Assembly: GCA_964424735.1 (NCBI GenBank)
Contig: CAYRJU010000007.1
Span: forward strand, 5,666 to 69,665
Reading direction: 5' to 3'
Length of the DNA stretch: 64,000 bases
Source: an uncultured bacterium
Lineage (GTDB): Bacteria; Chlamydiota; Chlamydiia; Chlamydiales; SM23-39
Positions 41,269-49,755 of this stretch are shown in pieces. Below the pieces are notes generated by a model that did not search any database, was not told the DNA's origin, and saw only the letters and a list, made by a program, of their open reading frames with translations. Both the position numbers and the translations under genes were made by a program. Position 1 is the first letter of the stretch. Each line of letters starts with the position of its first letter.

Positions 41269-42723
41269 TTACTTGGGGGTTGCTGCCAATTGCGACTTTT
41301 CAAATTCGGTGCCGACGAGTTTACTCGCAGGAAACATCACGAGAGCAGATGTCAGAGCTAAAATGCCCGCAAAGAAAACACTTTCTCCAGGCCCACCCAA
41401 AAAGAGAAAGAGGAGAATGCTCAAGAAAGAGGAGGCGCCCCTTCCTAGGCGTGATCCGATGCCGTCGATGATCAATTTGCCCTTCACTTGCCCCTCTTGA
41501 TCTAACGGAATGAAGGCCAGCTCCTTAATGGTGTCGAAGAGCGTGTACTTGGCCGCTCTTCCAACGCAAAAATGGATACTTCCCAGCACGACCGCGACCC
41601 CGAGAGCCGATCCTGCTGCAATAAAACCATATTTGGAAAGGCAAACTACAGAGAAGAAAGCAAGCGTAGCGGCAACCATCAAGATCGGAGGCATGAGGAA
41701 GGTTTGGGTCCAGTTGTAAGCATGGAGGAGATAGGGGGTGATGAAGATCGATCCTACGGCAACGAGGATCCCCATCCAGAAGGAGAGGTTGCCCATGTAC
41801 TGGCAGTATTCAGTAGGGGACGGGTATTTTTCTTTGAGGGTTTCTAAGAAGATGAGCTCTCCCAGAGTGTAACATACGTACTCTGCAACGACGATGAGGA
41901 GTAAAGAGCGCAAGTAGGGAGATTCGATCAAATAGCGAAGGCTGGAAGAGAGAGAGAGTTTGCTGGAGAAAGTTTGCGAAGGGGGTTTGAGGGAAGATTC
42001 TCGGCTTTGAAAGCGCTTGAATAGAGAGCGGAAGCAGAGGTGAGTGAGGAGGCCGCAGAAGACGAGACAAAAGGTTAACATGTAGAGGGAGTGCTGCCAT
42101 CTCAGATCGGAGAGCGGAAAATGGTTCCAACTGAACATCGAAGTGCAGAAGACGGTGAGGGGTCCTGATAGGATCGTTCCTACACTCGTGCCGAGAAAAA
42201 GAGGGGGGTAAAATCTTTTCGCTTCGGTCAACGTCAGATTTTGATTTAAAAATCCCCAGAAAATGACCGAGAGAAGAGCGACTTTCCACAGTTCTGCCAT
42301 GATATAAAAGGTCATATCTGGCCAATGGGTCAGGATCACTTTGAATCGAGTGAGGCCGAAAAGGGTGCCGATTTTATTTTCTAAAAGGAGCTGAATCCCT
42401 TCTTTATGAGGATAAATCCAAAAGGCGAATACGATAAAAAAAGTGAGAAAAAAGAACATGGTGACTGTAAAGGTGAATCGGAAGGAAAAAACCCTCATGA
42501 GCCTCGAGAGGCCCCACGTGAGTAAGATCGATGCGGGAAACGTTCCAAATAACTCGAAATAGGGGATGAAAGCGGCGCTGCCTCCTGCATCGGCAACGAC
42601 GAGTGTATTTCGCATGCTTCTCAAGATGCTGAAGTTGACATTGATCAGCGAGACAATGAGGAACATGAAGCCAAAAAGGGCCCATTCGGCACGTTTGACT
42701 GGAAAAATTTGGGTTTTAAACAT
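41269..42723 (-). CDS. TLC-family nucleotide transporter (NTT, ADP/ATP-translocase type)
   Basis: 484 aa with about 12 TM segments. The N-terminus ...IFPVKRAEWALFGFMFLIVSLINVNFSILRSMRNTLVV is typical of chlamydial/rickettsial Npt/Tlc carriers. The substrate cannot be inferred. Confidence 0.85.
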   Translation of the reverse strand: MFKTQIFPVKRAEWALFGFMFLIVSLINVNFSILRSMRNTLVVADAGGSAAFIPYFELFGTFPASILLTWGLSRLMRVFSFRFTFTVTMFFFLTFFIVFAFWIYPHKEGIQLLLENKIGTLFGLTRFKVILTHWPDMTFYIMAELWKVALLSVIFWGFLNQNLTLTEAKRFYPPLFLGTSVGTILSGPLTVFCTSMFSWNHFPLSDLRWQHSLYMLTFCLVFCGLLTHLCFRSLFKRFQSRESSLKPPSQTFSSKLSLSSSLRYLIESPYLRSLLLIVVAEYVCYTLGELIFLETLKEKYPSPTEYCQYMGNLSFWMGILVAVGSIFITPYLLHAYNWTQTFLMPPILMVAATLAFFSVVCLSKYGFIAAGSALGVAVVLGSIHFCVGRAAKYTLFDTIKELAFIPLDQEGQVKGKLIIDGIGSRLGRGASSFLSILLFLFLGGPGESVFFAGILALTSALVMFPASKLVGTEFEKSQLAATPK

Positions 42724-42725
42724 AG

Positions 42726-42971
42726 TTAAGCCAGGGTTTGTCTTAGGGGCTGACCATCCCCATCCAATACGAGTTCATTTTTCTGTTTGATGAGCTGCTC
42801 GATCCGTTTTTCAGCTTGGGTCAGCCGTGTATTGCATGTGTCGATCAGTTTTTCTGCTTCCTCGAAGAGTTTAAGCGATTCTTCTAGAGGGGTTTTCCCG
42901 CTATTCATCGTGTTGAGGATCTGTTCGAGCCTTTCAAAAGCTTTTTCAAAGGAAAGAGTTTCCTGACTCAT
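42726..42971 (-). CDS. xseB: Exodeoxyribonuclease VII small subunit
   Basis: MSQETLSFEKAFERLEQILNTMNSGKTPLEESLKLFEEAEKL is a canonical XseB N-terminus. It lies downstream of xseA. Confidence 0.85.
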   Translation of the reverse strand: MSQETLSFEKAFERLEQILNTMNSGKTPLEESLKLFEEAEKLIDTCNTRLTQAEKRIEQLIKQKNELVLDGDGQPLRQTLA

Positions 42972-44166
42972 TGAGTACGATCTCCTGGATTTGAGCACCT
43001 GCTTTGCCGTCTTGCAAAAGAGCCGTGACAGTTTGCCCCTGTCGAAGGTCTTTCGCTGAGAGGATAACCGAATCTCCCTTTTCAGAGAAGAGAATGGCGT
43101 ATCCTTTTTTTAAGACGTTATTGGGGTGCAGCGATTGTAAATGATGGGTCAACCGGTTCAACCGGTCGCGATACTCTTGGATTTTGAATTTGGGATGAAC
43201 CCTTTCAAGCCCCCGAGCAAAATCATCGAGCCTTTGAATGGCGGGGGCAAGCACTCCGTATGGCGAGCTGAGAAGGGGGTGCTTCTTTAGGGCGTTGAGA
43301 TGCTGTTTCGATTGGGCGATTTGTTGCAAAATTCTCTGCCTACATTGCGCTTTGACCCCTTCTAGAAATTGGAGGAGGGCCGCTTTTTCAGAAATGGCGA
43401 TCTCGGCTGCAGCGGAAGGGGTGGGGGCTCTCACGTCAGCTACCCAGTCGGCAATGGTGAAATCGGTCTCGTGGCCAACGGCAGAGATGATCGGGATTTT
43501 GGATTCAAAAATGGCCTTGGCGACTCTCTCTTCATTAAAAGCCCAAAGATCTTCAATGCTCCCGCCGCCTCTTCCGACAATGAGGAGATCGGCTAAGTGA
43601 AAACGGTTAAAATCATCGATGGCCTGGGCAATTTCAAGAGCCGCTCCTTCGCCTTGAACTTTTACGGGGTTCAAGAGGATTTGCACACCGGCAAAACGTC
43701 TCGTGAGAACGTGGAGAATGTCTTGAATGACCGCTCCCGTTGGACTCGTCACGACCCCGATGCGTCTTGGGTGTTTGGGAAGAGGTTTTTTCCGCTCTGG
43801 ATCGAACCAGCCGCGCTTGGAGAGCTCTTCTTTCAGCTGATGCAATTTTAAGAGCAGCTCTCCCACTCCCAAAAATTGCAATTCCCGGATGACGATCTGG
43901 TATTGACCCCGCGGGGCGTAGAGGCTGATCTCTCCAGAGGCGATGACCTGATCGCCCTCCTTGGGAAGTTTTGGCAAACTGGCCGCATTTCCCTTGAAGA
44001 GGACCGCAGAGATCTGCGCATTGGCATCTTTCAGGCTAAAATAGAGATGGCCAGAGGATTGGAGCTTGAAGTTGCTGATTTCTCCTTTGACTGCAATGCC
44101 TCTAAAGCTGGGCTCGAGCACTCCTTTGATGGCAAAGGTCAATTCCGAAACGCTAAAAACCTTCAT
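42946..44166 (-). CDS. xseA: Exodeoxyribonuclease VII large subunit
   Basis: 406 aa. N-terminal OB fold (VSELTFAIKGVLE...GEISNFKLQSSGHLYFSLKD), GVVTSPTGAVIQD and VGRGGGSIEDLWAFN. Confidence 0.9.
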   Translation of the reverse strand: MKVFSVSELTFAIKGVLEPSFRGIAVKGEISNFKLQSSGHLYFSLKDANAQISAVLFKGNAASLPKLPKEGDQVIASGEISLYAPRGQYQIVIRELQFLGVGELLLKLHQLKEELSKRGWFDPERKKPLPKHPRRIGVVTSPTGAVIQDILHVLTRRFAGVQILLNPVKVQGEGAALEIAQAIDDFNRFHLADLLIVGRGGGSIEDLWAFNEERVAKAIFESKIPIISAVGHETDFTIADWVADVRAPTPSAAAEIAISEKAALLQFLEGVKAQCRQRILQQIAQSKQHLNALKKHPLLSSPYGVLAPAIQRLDDFARGLERVHPKFKIQEYRDRLNRLTHHLQSLHPNNVLKKGYAILFSEKGDSVILSAKDLRQGQTVTALLQDGKAGAQIQEIVLNESGNSFL

Positions 44167-44267
44167 AACGGCTCATTTTGCCAAAGAAAGGATTGTCAGG
44201 CCACGTTTTTCTCATTGCCAGCTAGCCCCCAATCGGGTATCCTTGAGATAAAAATTTGAGTTCTTCA

Positions 44268-45071
44268 ATGGCAAAAACATATACAGTCGTCGGAAATTGG
44301 AAAATGTATAAAACAGCCAGACAGGCGACCGACTACATCGAAGAACTCCTTCCAGAAATCCAGAAAAGCCAAGTAAATGTTTATTTAGCGGTGCCCTACA
44401 CTTCGATCCACCCAGCTTCTCAATATGCCAAAGAGACCAATCTCGTGATTGGGGCCCAGAACATGAACGATGCCCGAGAGGGAGCCTTTACGGGAGAAAT
44501 TGCGGCCTTGATGCTCAAAGAAGCGGGGGCGGCTTTTGTTCTCTTGGGACATTCGGAAAGACGCACGGTCTTTAAAGAAGATGATCAGTTCATTCACAAA
44601 AAAGTTTTGAGAGCTCTTCAAGATGAGATTCAGCCGATTCTCTGCGTCGGTGAGACAATTGAGCATCACGGGAAAGGAAAAACGCAAGAGGTGCTCCAAG
44701 AGCAGATCGGCAAAGCTTTGAAGGGGATTCCCAAAGAGGAGGCGGCCAAATTGATGCTTGCCTACGAGCCTGTATGGGCTATTGGCAGTGGGAAAACCCC
44801 TACGCCTAAAGAGATTCAAACTACGCACGCGTTTATCCGGAGCTTTCTCTCCGAGCTCTTTGGCAAAAAGATTAGCGAAAAGATCCCCCTTCTTTATGGC
44901 GGATCGGTGAAGCCAGAAAATGTATTTGAAATCGGCCAGCAAGAAGATGTCGATGGAGTCCTCGTAGGGGGAGCTTCGCTCGAGCCTCGAAAGCTTGCGA
45001 CCATCGTCCACAATATCGCTGGCCCAAAAAAGAAAACCACTCGAACTTCTAAGAAAGAGAAAAAAGAATGA
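44268..45071 (+). CDS. tpiA: Triosephosphate isomerase
   Basis: VVGNWKMY, LLGHSERR, AYEPVWAIGSGKT and YGGSV. Start at the ATG for MAKTY. It carries a Lys-rich C-terminal tail, GPKKKTTRTSKKEKKE. Confidence 0.9.
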   Translation: MAKTYTVVGNWKMYKTARQATDYIEELLPEIQKSQVNVYLAVPYTSIHPASQYAKETNLVIGAQNMNDAREGAFTGEIAALMLKEAGAAFVLLGHSERRTVFKEDDQFIHKKVLRALQDEIQPILCVGETIEHHGKGKTQEVLQEQIGKALKGIPKEEAAKLMLAYEPVWAIGSGKTPTPKEIQTTHAFIRSFLSELFGKKISEKIPLLYGGSVKPENVFEIGQQEDVDGVLVGGASLEPRKLATIVHNIAGPKKKTTRTSKKEKKE

Positions 45072-45361
45072 CCTTTTTATTTTATCTAACTTTATGTCTA
45101 TTTTTATTGGCTTCCCTCCTCCTCTGTTTTGTGATCCTCATTCAAGAAGCAAAGAGTTTGGGATTGGGCGCTTCCTTTGGAGGGGATAACAGCGATTCTC
45201 TCTTTGGTACTTCGACGGCCGAGGTTTTGAAACGTTTTACCGGCTATCTCGCTGGAGTTTTTCTGTTTGCTTGTCTTGCCCTCTCTTTATGGAGCGGTTC
45301 ACTGGGCCGTTCACAGAATATTCCTGCCCTGACCGAAGTAGAAAGCCATGAAGGAAGCTGA
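45068..45361 (+). CDS. secG: Preprotein translocase subunit SecG
   Basis: 97 aa. Two TM segments with ILIQEAKSLGLGASFGG between them. ATGA overlap with tpiA. Confidence 0.75.
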   Translation: MTFLFYLTLCLFLLASLLLCFVILIQEAKSLGLGASFGGDNSDSLFGTSTAEVLKRFTGYLAGVFLFACLALSLWSGSLGRSQNIPALTEVESHEGS

Positions 45362-45887
45362 TTACGCGCTTCGCTATTACGGCCATCCCGATCTCAGAAC
45401 GAAGGCCAAAACAGTAGAAGCAATCACTCCTGAAATTGCCAAAATTTGCGAGGCCATGCTGGCCAAAATGTTCTCTTTGGACAACTGTATCGGCTTTGCG
45501 GGTCCCCAGCTGGGAATTCTTTTGCGGATTTTTGTGATCCGCGAGGAAAAATTTCTTCCCAATAACCAGTACTATTTTGGCCCGCCCGAAGTGATCCTCA
45601 ATCCGCAGCTCTCCAATCCTTCTAAAGAGGCTGTATCGATGCTGGAAGGATGTATGTCTTTCCCTGGCCTCCACGTTCCTGTCGTACGTCCCAAATCGAT
45701 CCACGTGCGCTATCAGAACCCGAAAGGGGAATTTATCGAAGAGGACTTAAGCGATTTTAGGGCCCGCATGTTCATGCACGAAAATGACCATCTAAATGGG
45801 GTTTTACACATCGACCGGATGGATCCCAAAGAACGCAAGAAGATCGAGCCCCTCCTCAAAGCCATGAAAGAAAAGTACAATCCTTAA
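45348..45887 (+). CDS. def: Peptide deformylase
   Basis: 179 aa. GFAGPQLG, EGCMSFPG and HENDHLNG motifs. Confidence 0.9.
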   Translation: MKEADYALRYYGHPDLRTKAKTVEAITPEIAKICEAMLAKMFSLDNCIGFAGPQLGILLRIFVIREEKFLPNNQYYFGPPEVILNPQLSNPSKEAVSMLEGCMSFPGLHVPVVRPKSIHVRYQNPKGEFIEEDLSDFRARMFMHENDHLNGVLHIDRMDPKERKKIEPLLKAMKEKYNP

Positions 45888-45918
45888 GTCCTTTAAAATG
45901 AGAGTGATCGTTCTCGTT

Positions 45919-45949
45919 AATTGAAATCAATTTCTAGATGGTATACCAT
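45919..45949. promoter_or_regulatory. Two palindromes upstream of the antitoxin gene (candidate operators)
   Basis: aattga-aa-tcaatt at 45919-45932, and the perfect 12-bp palindrome atggtataccat at 45938-45949. They lie 22-52 nt upstream of the ATG at 45971. Confidence 0.4.
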
Positions 45950-45970
45950 TGTTATTACAAGGGGGGCTAA

Positions 45971-46201
45971 ATGATTAAACGCCTAGTCAAACACGGACAC
46001 AGTAGGGCTTTAGTGATAGATAAGAGTTTATTGCAGGCTGCAGGGTTGAATGAATCGGCCGCTTTTCAGCTGATTATCAATCCAAACGGAGGACTCCTCG
46101 TGCAATCAGTGGATGAGGGAGATCCTGAGAGTTTTGAAAAAAATTTTGAGGCCTTGAGTGAAGAGCTCTTCGATCTCATGAAAAGCCTCTCTAAAAAATG
46201 A
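45971..46201 (+). CDS. AbrB/SpoVT-fold antitoxin (Phd-role partner of Doc)
   Basis: 76 aa. MIKRLVKHGHSRALVIDKSLLQAAGL is a typical swapped-hairpin AbrB/MazE-like N-terminus. The C-terminus is acidic. ATGA overlap with the doc gene. Confidence 0.7.
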   Translation: MIKRLVKHGHSRALVIDKSLLQAAGLNESAAFQLIINPNGGLLVQSVDEGDPESFEKNFEALSEELFDLMKSLSKK

Positions 46202-46596
46202 TCCGATATTTAACAGTTGATCAAGCCATTAAAGTTCACGATCGCATGATCGAACAACATGGAGGCCTTCCGGGAATTAGGGATTTGGGATTGCTGACAT
46301 CTGCCATAGAAATGGCAAAGAGTAGTTTCGATGGAAAAAAACTCCATAGAACAATCTCGGAACAGGGTGCAGCGTATCTCTATCATGTCATCAAGAATCA
46401 TCCTTTTTGTGACGGCAACAAAAGAACCGGGGCTTTTTTACCTCTTTTATTTTTTAGGATGAATGGGATTCATTTTCATATTGACCCACTGGAATATGAG
46501 ATATTGGTAATTGGTGTTGCAGAAGGGTTGATTTCTAAAAAACAGATTGCTCAATTCTTTCGTAAGAAGAAATCGAGCAGATCCTCAAAGCCATGA
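46198..46596 (+). CDS. doc: Doc (death-on-curing) Fic-fold toxin kinase
   Basis: 132 aa. HPFCDGNKRTG matches the Doc signature HxFx(D/N)(A/G)NKR. Confidence 0.85.
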   Translation: MIRYLTVDQAIKVHDRMIEQHGGLPGIRDLGLLTSAIEMAKSSFDGKKLHRTISEQGAAYLYHVIKNHPFCDGNKRTGAFLPLLFFRMNGIHFHIDPLEYEILVIGVAEGLISKKQIAQFFRKKKSSRSSKP

Positions 46597-46638
46597 TTTT
46601 TTGGACTTAAAAATGCAGATTGCCTATCCTTTTCTGCC

Positions 46639-47358
46639 ATGACCATTGCCCCAATTACTCAACATTTTCCTTACCAGCCCGTTCTGCAGGCGCTCCTTGC
46701 TCCCGTGAAGATCATTTATGGGCTGTTTCTACAGGCTCTGGGCTATCTCCTCTCCTTTCTTTGTTTGAGCGATTGGGGAAAGAGTTTGAAGGATCGGGGG
46801 GCGAGGATCAGTATCGGCTGTCTCAGCCTTTTGCAAGGACTTTGGGCCTATGGATGCCGGCTTCGCGTTCCCAGCCATAACTACGATGAGGCTTGCAGAG
46901 GAAGTTCTTACTTGTTCATTGAGCGGCATCTTGCCGACCCGCAAAAGAGCTTGGAGGCCATTGCCGAAGAATTTGAGGAGGGGCCCCCGGAGAGTGCGGT
47001 TCAGCTGCATGTGCGTAAGATGATTCCCACTGCCTTGGAGGAAAAGCGTTTTTGGAAAGAGGAGATAATGCAAAAGTGGCCGAAATGTCCGATCCTAGAT
47101 CCTGGCGCCTACATGTTTTTGGTCGGGTATTCTCGAGATGCAAATCATCCGGGTAAAGCGCATCTATTTGTGCTGATCCGGCAAAACGAAACTTCTTATC
47201 TCTTTGATCCCAATACCGGATTATCCGTTTGGGAGAGTGCCGATTGGGAGCCCCTTTTAGATCGGATTGGTTCGGGAATTCGAACGAGCCCAGCCGGCTA
47301 CTTTACCCTCGAAGGCTACTGCTACTCTAGAAATTCTTCTTTACCAACTGAACGTTGA
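46639..47358 (+). CDS. Hypothetical protein with a hydrophobic N-region and a candidate papain-fold Cys-His-Asp (YopT/AvrPphB C58-like) domain
   Basis: 239 aa. Hydrophobic residues 15-43 and 57-72. Candidate triad C86 (EACRGSSYLF), H175 and D190 (KAHLFVLIRQNETSYLFDPNTG), giving an H-to-D spacing of 15 and an FDPNxG motif as in the YopT family. This assignment is from memory of that family. Confidence 0.45.
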   Translation: MTIAPITQHFPYQPVLQALLAPVKIIYGLFLQALGYLLSFLCLSDWGKSLKDRGARISIGCLSLLQGLWAYGCRLRVPSHNYDEACRGSSYLFIERHLADPQKSLEAIAEEFEEGPPESAVQLHVRKMIPTALEEKRFWKEEIMQKWPKCPILDPGAYMFLVGYSRDANHPGKAHLFVLIRQNETSYLFDPNTGLSVWESADWEPLLDRIGSGIRTSPAGYFTLEGYCYSRNSSLPTER

Positions 47359-49399
47359 TGTTCCAGTCAAAATGGTTGTGTAGCGTGTAGCCGTAGTAGA
47401 AATGGAGCTTCCAGCTAGAGCTCAACCAGGTATAAAAGTGGATCCGGAATTCATTATAGGGTTTTCCGTGGACGCTATTCTTATAAAGGCGATAAAAGCC
47501 GTGCTGCGATTCCAACTTCATTTCCCAAAACGGATTGATTCGAAAAAATATGTTGGAAAGAAAGGTGATTCTACGATCGGAGAGGGGAGAGGAGAGCAGT
47601 TCGCTTTCTGATCGGGTCACGTCGAGAATGAAATCTTCATGATCGCTCTTGCGCCAGTCATATTTGGAGCGGTAGCGGGTTTCAAGCGACATCGCTAAAT
47701 TCTCGCTCACGGTCCATTTTAGTCTCGTATTGGAAAAATCCCAGACTCGATTGCGGAAGTTGTAGCAGTTGTGGAGCGTGAGATGGACGCTTGGAAGGCG
47801 CCAACCGAGCCAGAGGTAAGCTTTAGGGACCACTTGAGGGATGACCGGATCGGAAAAAAAGGCGTTGGCGTAGAGATTTGCGGTCAAAGAAGCCTCTTTG
47901 CCGGGTCGTTTTTTTGAAAAGAAAAGTGTTCGGATACCTGCCTCTACTTGCTGAATTTTCTGATAGCCATCCTGGATCGAGAAAATGTAATGCGCATCGG
48001 GGCTTACCGTGGGTCTTGTCAAGGCGCTGTATTGGACATAGGGCTCGAGTACGTGTTTGTATCTGGAAAATTGCCTTTGCCCATGCATATGTGCATCAAA
48101 GCCATATCCCAAAATGCCGAGACATTTTGAATGATGGGAGGGGCTCGTTCCATAAAAAATGGCTCTTCCCAAAATGTGAGGCGTGAAGGTGAGCGCCTTT
48201 AAGTGGATGGGGCGATAGAGATGCTCGAAAATTTCCGCGCGTGCAGATTGAAAATCTTGCAGGGAAACTACGAGCTGATCGGAATAATCGAAATCCAAAT
48301 AAGAGGTTTTTACAAAGCTCGTTGAGATAACCCCTGTATTTTTGATTTCGATCGGCCGAATCATCATGTAAGCTGTCGGTAGATCCTGCTTGATCGATTC
48401 GAAGGAATTGAGCCTTGGCCTGACTTTGAAATAGGTGAGGATATCCTCTTCTTTGTGGTGCACATAAAAGAGGGTTTTGAGCGCTGTATTGACCTCGAAA
48501 TCTTCGCTCTTGAAATCGCCCGGCATGCGCACATCGCTGTATTTATCCCAGGTAAGGGTCGTATGCGTTTTTTCATTTTCACTTCTGGAATGAAGCGCAC
48601 CTTGAATGCGGTATCTCCTTTCGACATCTTCGGCATTGAACAGCCTGTCTTTACCGAGATAATTCCGAGTGGTAAACGTCGTGAATCCATCGGGAGGAAA
48701 ATACTCGCTTTCCAAAGCGCCTCCCCAGCCCTTGCTCCAGCGATATTCGACCCTTCCGTAAAGGGCGAGATCTTGCCAAGAGTAGAGCTGATAGCGAAAT
48801 CCTACTTTGGGCCCTTTATTCCAATTGGCATAGTAGCGAAAGATGGGCTCTTTGAACCGTTTGAGGTTGAGCTTGAAAGAGGGGAGCCACAGTTTTGGCC
48901 ATTGCAAGAAGCGAAGGCGCACTCTTTTCGCCTGAAAAAACTCATTCTTGACGACATTTACGCTGTTTGCGCGTAAATCCCAGGAGCTGTCTTTATTTTC
49001 GCAGGTCGTGACGAACGCATTGGCGACGTGGTAGCTTCCATCTGCTGTGAGCTGGATCTTGTCACCGCCGACATACCAAAATGAGGAAAAGGTCTTGCCA
49101 TCGTAGACTATCCCGCACATTTTGTTGAAATCGAATTCGAGTTCCGAGCCGACAAAGACCTTGCCCTTGTATTGGACGAGAAGATCTCCTTCCGCTTCGA
49201 TTTTTTGCACCATCTTGCCCTCTTCCATTCTGTGGAAGTACTGGATGCTCTCGGCTTGGATGCGGATGTCTTCGTTTTGGATAACGCCGCCTTGACTCGT
49301 GTAGACGACTCCATTTTTATAAATTGGATTGCGCAAGTAGACATTGACTTCGTTGGAAAAGAGGGAAACGGCAGCGAAAAGAAATAGAAACTTTTGCAT
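47327..49399 (-). CDS. lptD: LPS-assembly outer membrane protein LptD-like
   Basis: 690 aa. Signal peptide, an OstA-like N-domain, FVTTCENKDSSWDLRANSVNV...LRFLQWPKLWLPSF (the LptD pattern TxC...W.l.a...P), beta-barrel-like alternation, and a C-terminal ...KKNF. Confidence 0.7.
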   Translation of the reverse strand: MQKFLFLFAAVSLFSNEVNVYLRNPIYKNGVVYTSQGGVIQNEDIRIQAESIQYFHRMEEGKMVQKIEAEGDLLVQYKGKVFVGSELEFDFNKMCGIVYDGKTFSSFWYVGGDKIQLTADGSYHVANAFVTTCENKDSSWDLRANSVNVVKNEFFQAKRVRLRFLQWPKLWLPSFKLNLKRFKEPIFRYYANWNKGPKVGFRYQLYSWQDLALYGRVEYRWSKGWGGALESEYFPPDGFTTFTTRNYLGKDRLFNAEDVERRYRIQGALHSRSENEKTHTTLTWDKYSDVRMPGDFKSEDFEVNTALKTLFYVHHKEEDILTYFKVRPRLNSFESIKQDLPTAYMMIRPIEIKNTGVISTSFVKTSYLDFDYSDQLVVSLQDFQSARAEIFEHLYRPIHLKALTFTPHILGRAIFYGTSPSHHSKCLGILGYGFDAHMHGQRQFSRYKHVLEPYVQYSALTRPTVSPDAHYIFSIQDGYQKIQQVEAGIRTLFFSKKRPGKEASLTANLYANAFFSDPVIPQVVPKAYLWLGWRLPSVHLTLHNCYNFRNRVWDFSNTRLKWTVSENLAMSLETRYRSKYDWRKSDHEDFILDVTRSESELLSSPLSDRRITFLSNIFFRINPFWEMKLESQHGFYRLYKNSVHGKPYNEFRIHFYTWLSSSWKLHFYYGYTLHNHFDWNINVQLVKKNF

Positions 49400-49701
49400 T
49401 TTCGAACATGATACTCATCTTGGATTTTTCTTGCTCGAAAAGGAAAGATCTCAAAATTTAGGGTCTGTTTTCTATCTGTATGTCAATGAGTAGCGCGAAT
49501 TTGATTCTCACAGCCTTATAGTCGTATCTAGTTGATATTCAACAACAATTTACGCACTTATTACGCATTACAAGAATGTTTTACCATGCCCTGACACAAG
49601 GATTTCAGAGGGAGATGCTAAATCTTCAAAAACGCGTTGTTAAAATTCCTGTCCTTGTATATCATCGTATTTAGCTGTTTTTCAGACACTTGCAATATTC
49701 T

Positions 49702-49755
49702 ATGTTAAACTTTTGAAGCTACGGATGTTAAAGATCGAAGGAAATGGATGTTAAA
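49702..49755 (+). promoter_or_regulatory. Three ATGTTAAA direct repeats at exact 23-bp spacing immediately upstream of fic
   Basis: ATGTTAAA at 49702-49709, 49725-49732 and 49748-49755. The last two are extended to GGATGTTAAA. The third abuts the fic ATG at 49755. Confidence 0.4.
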
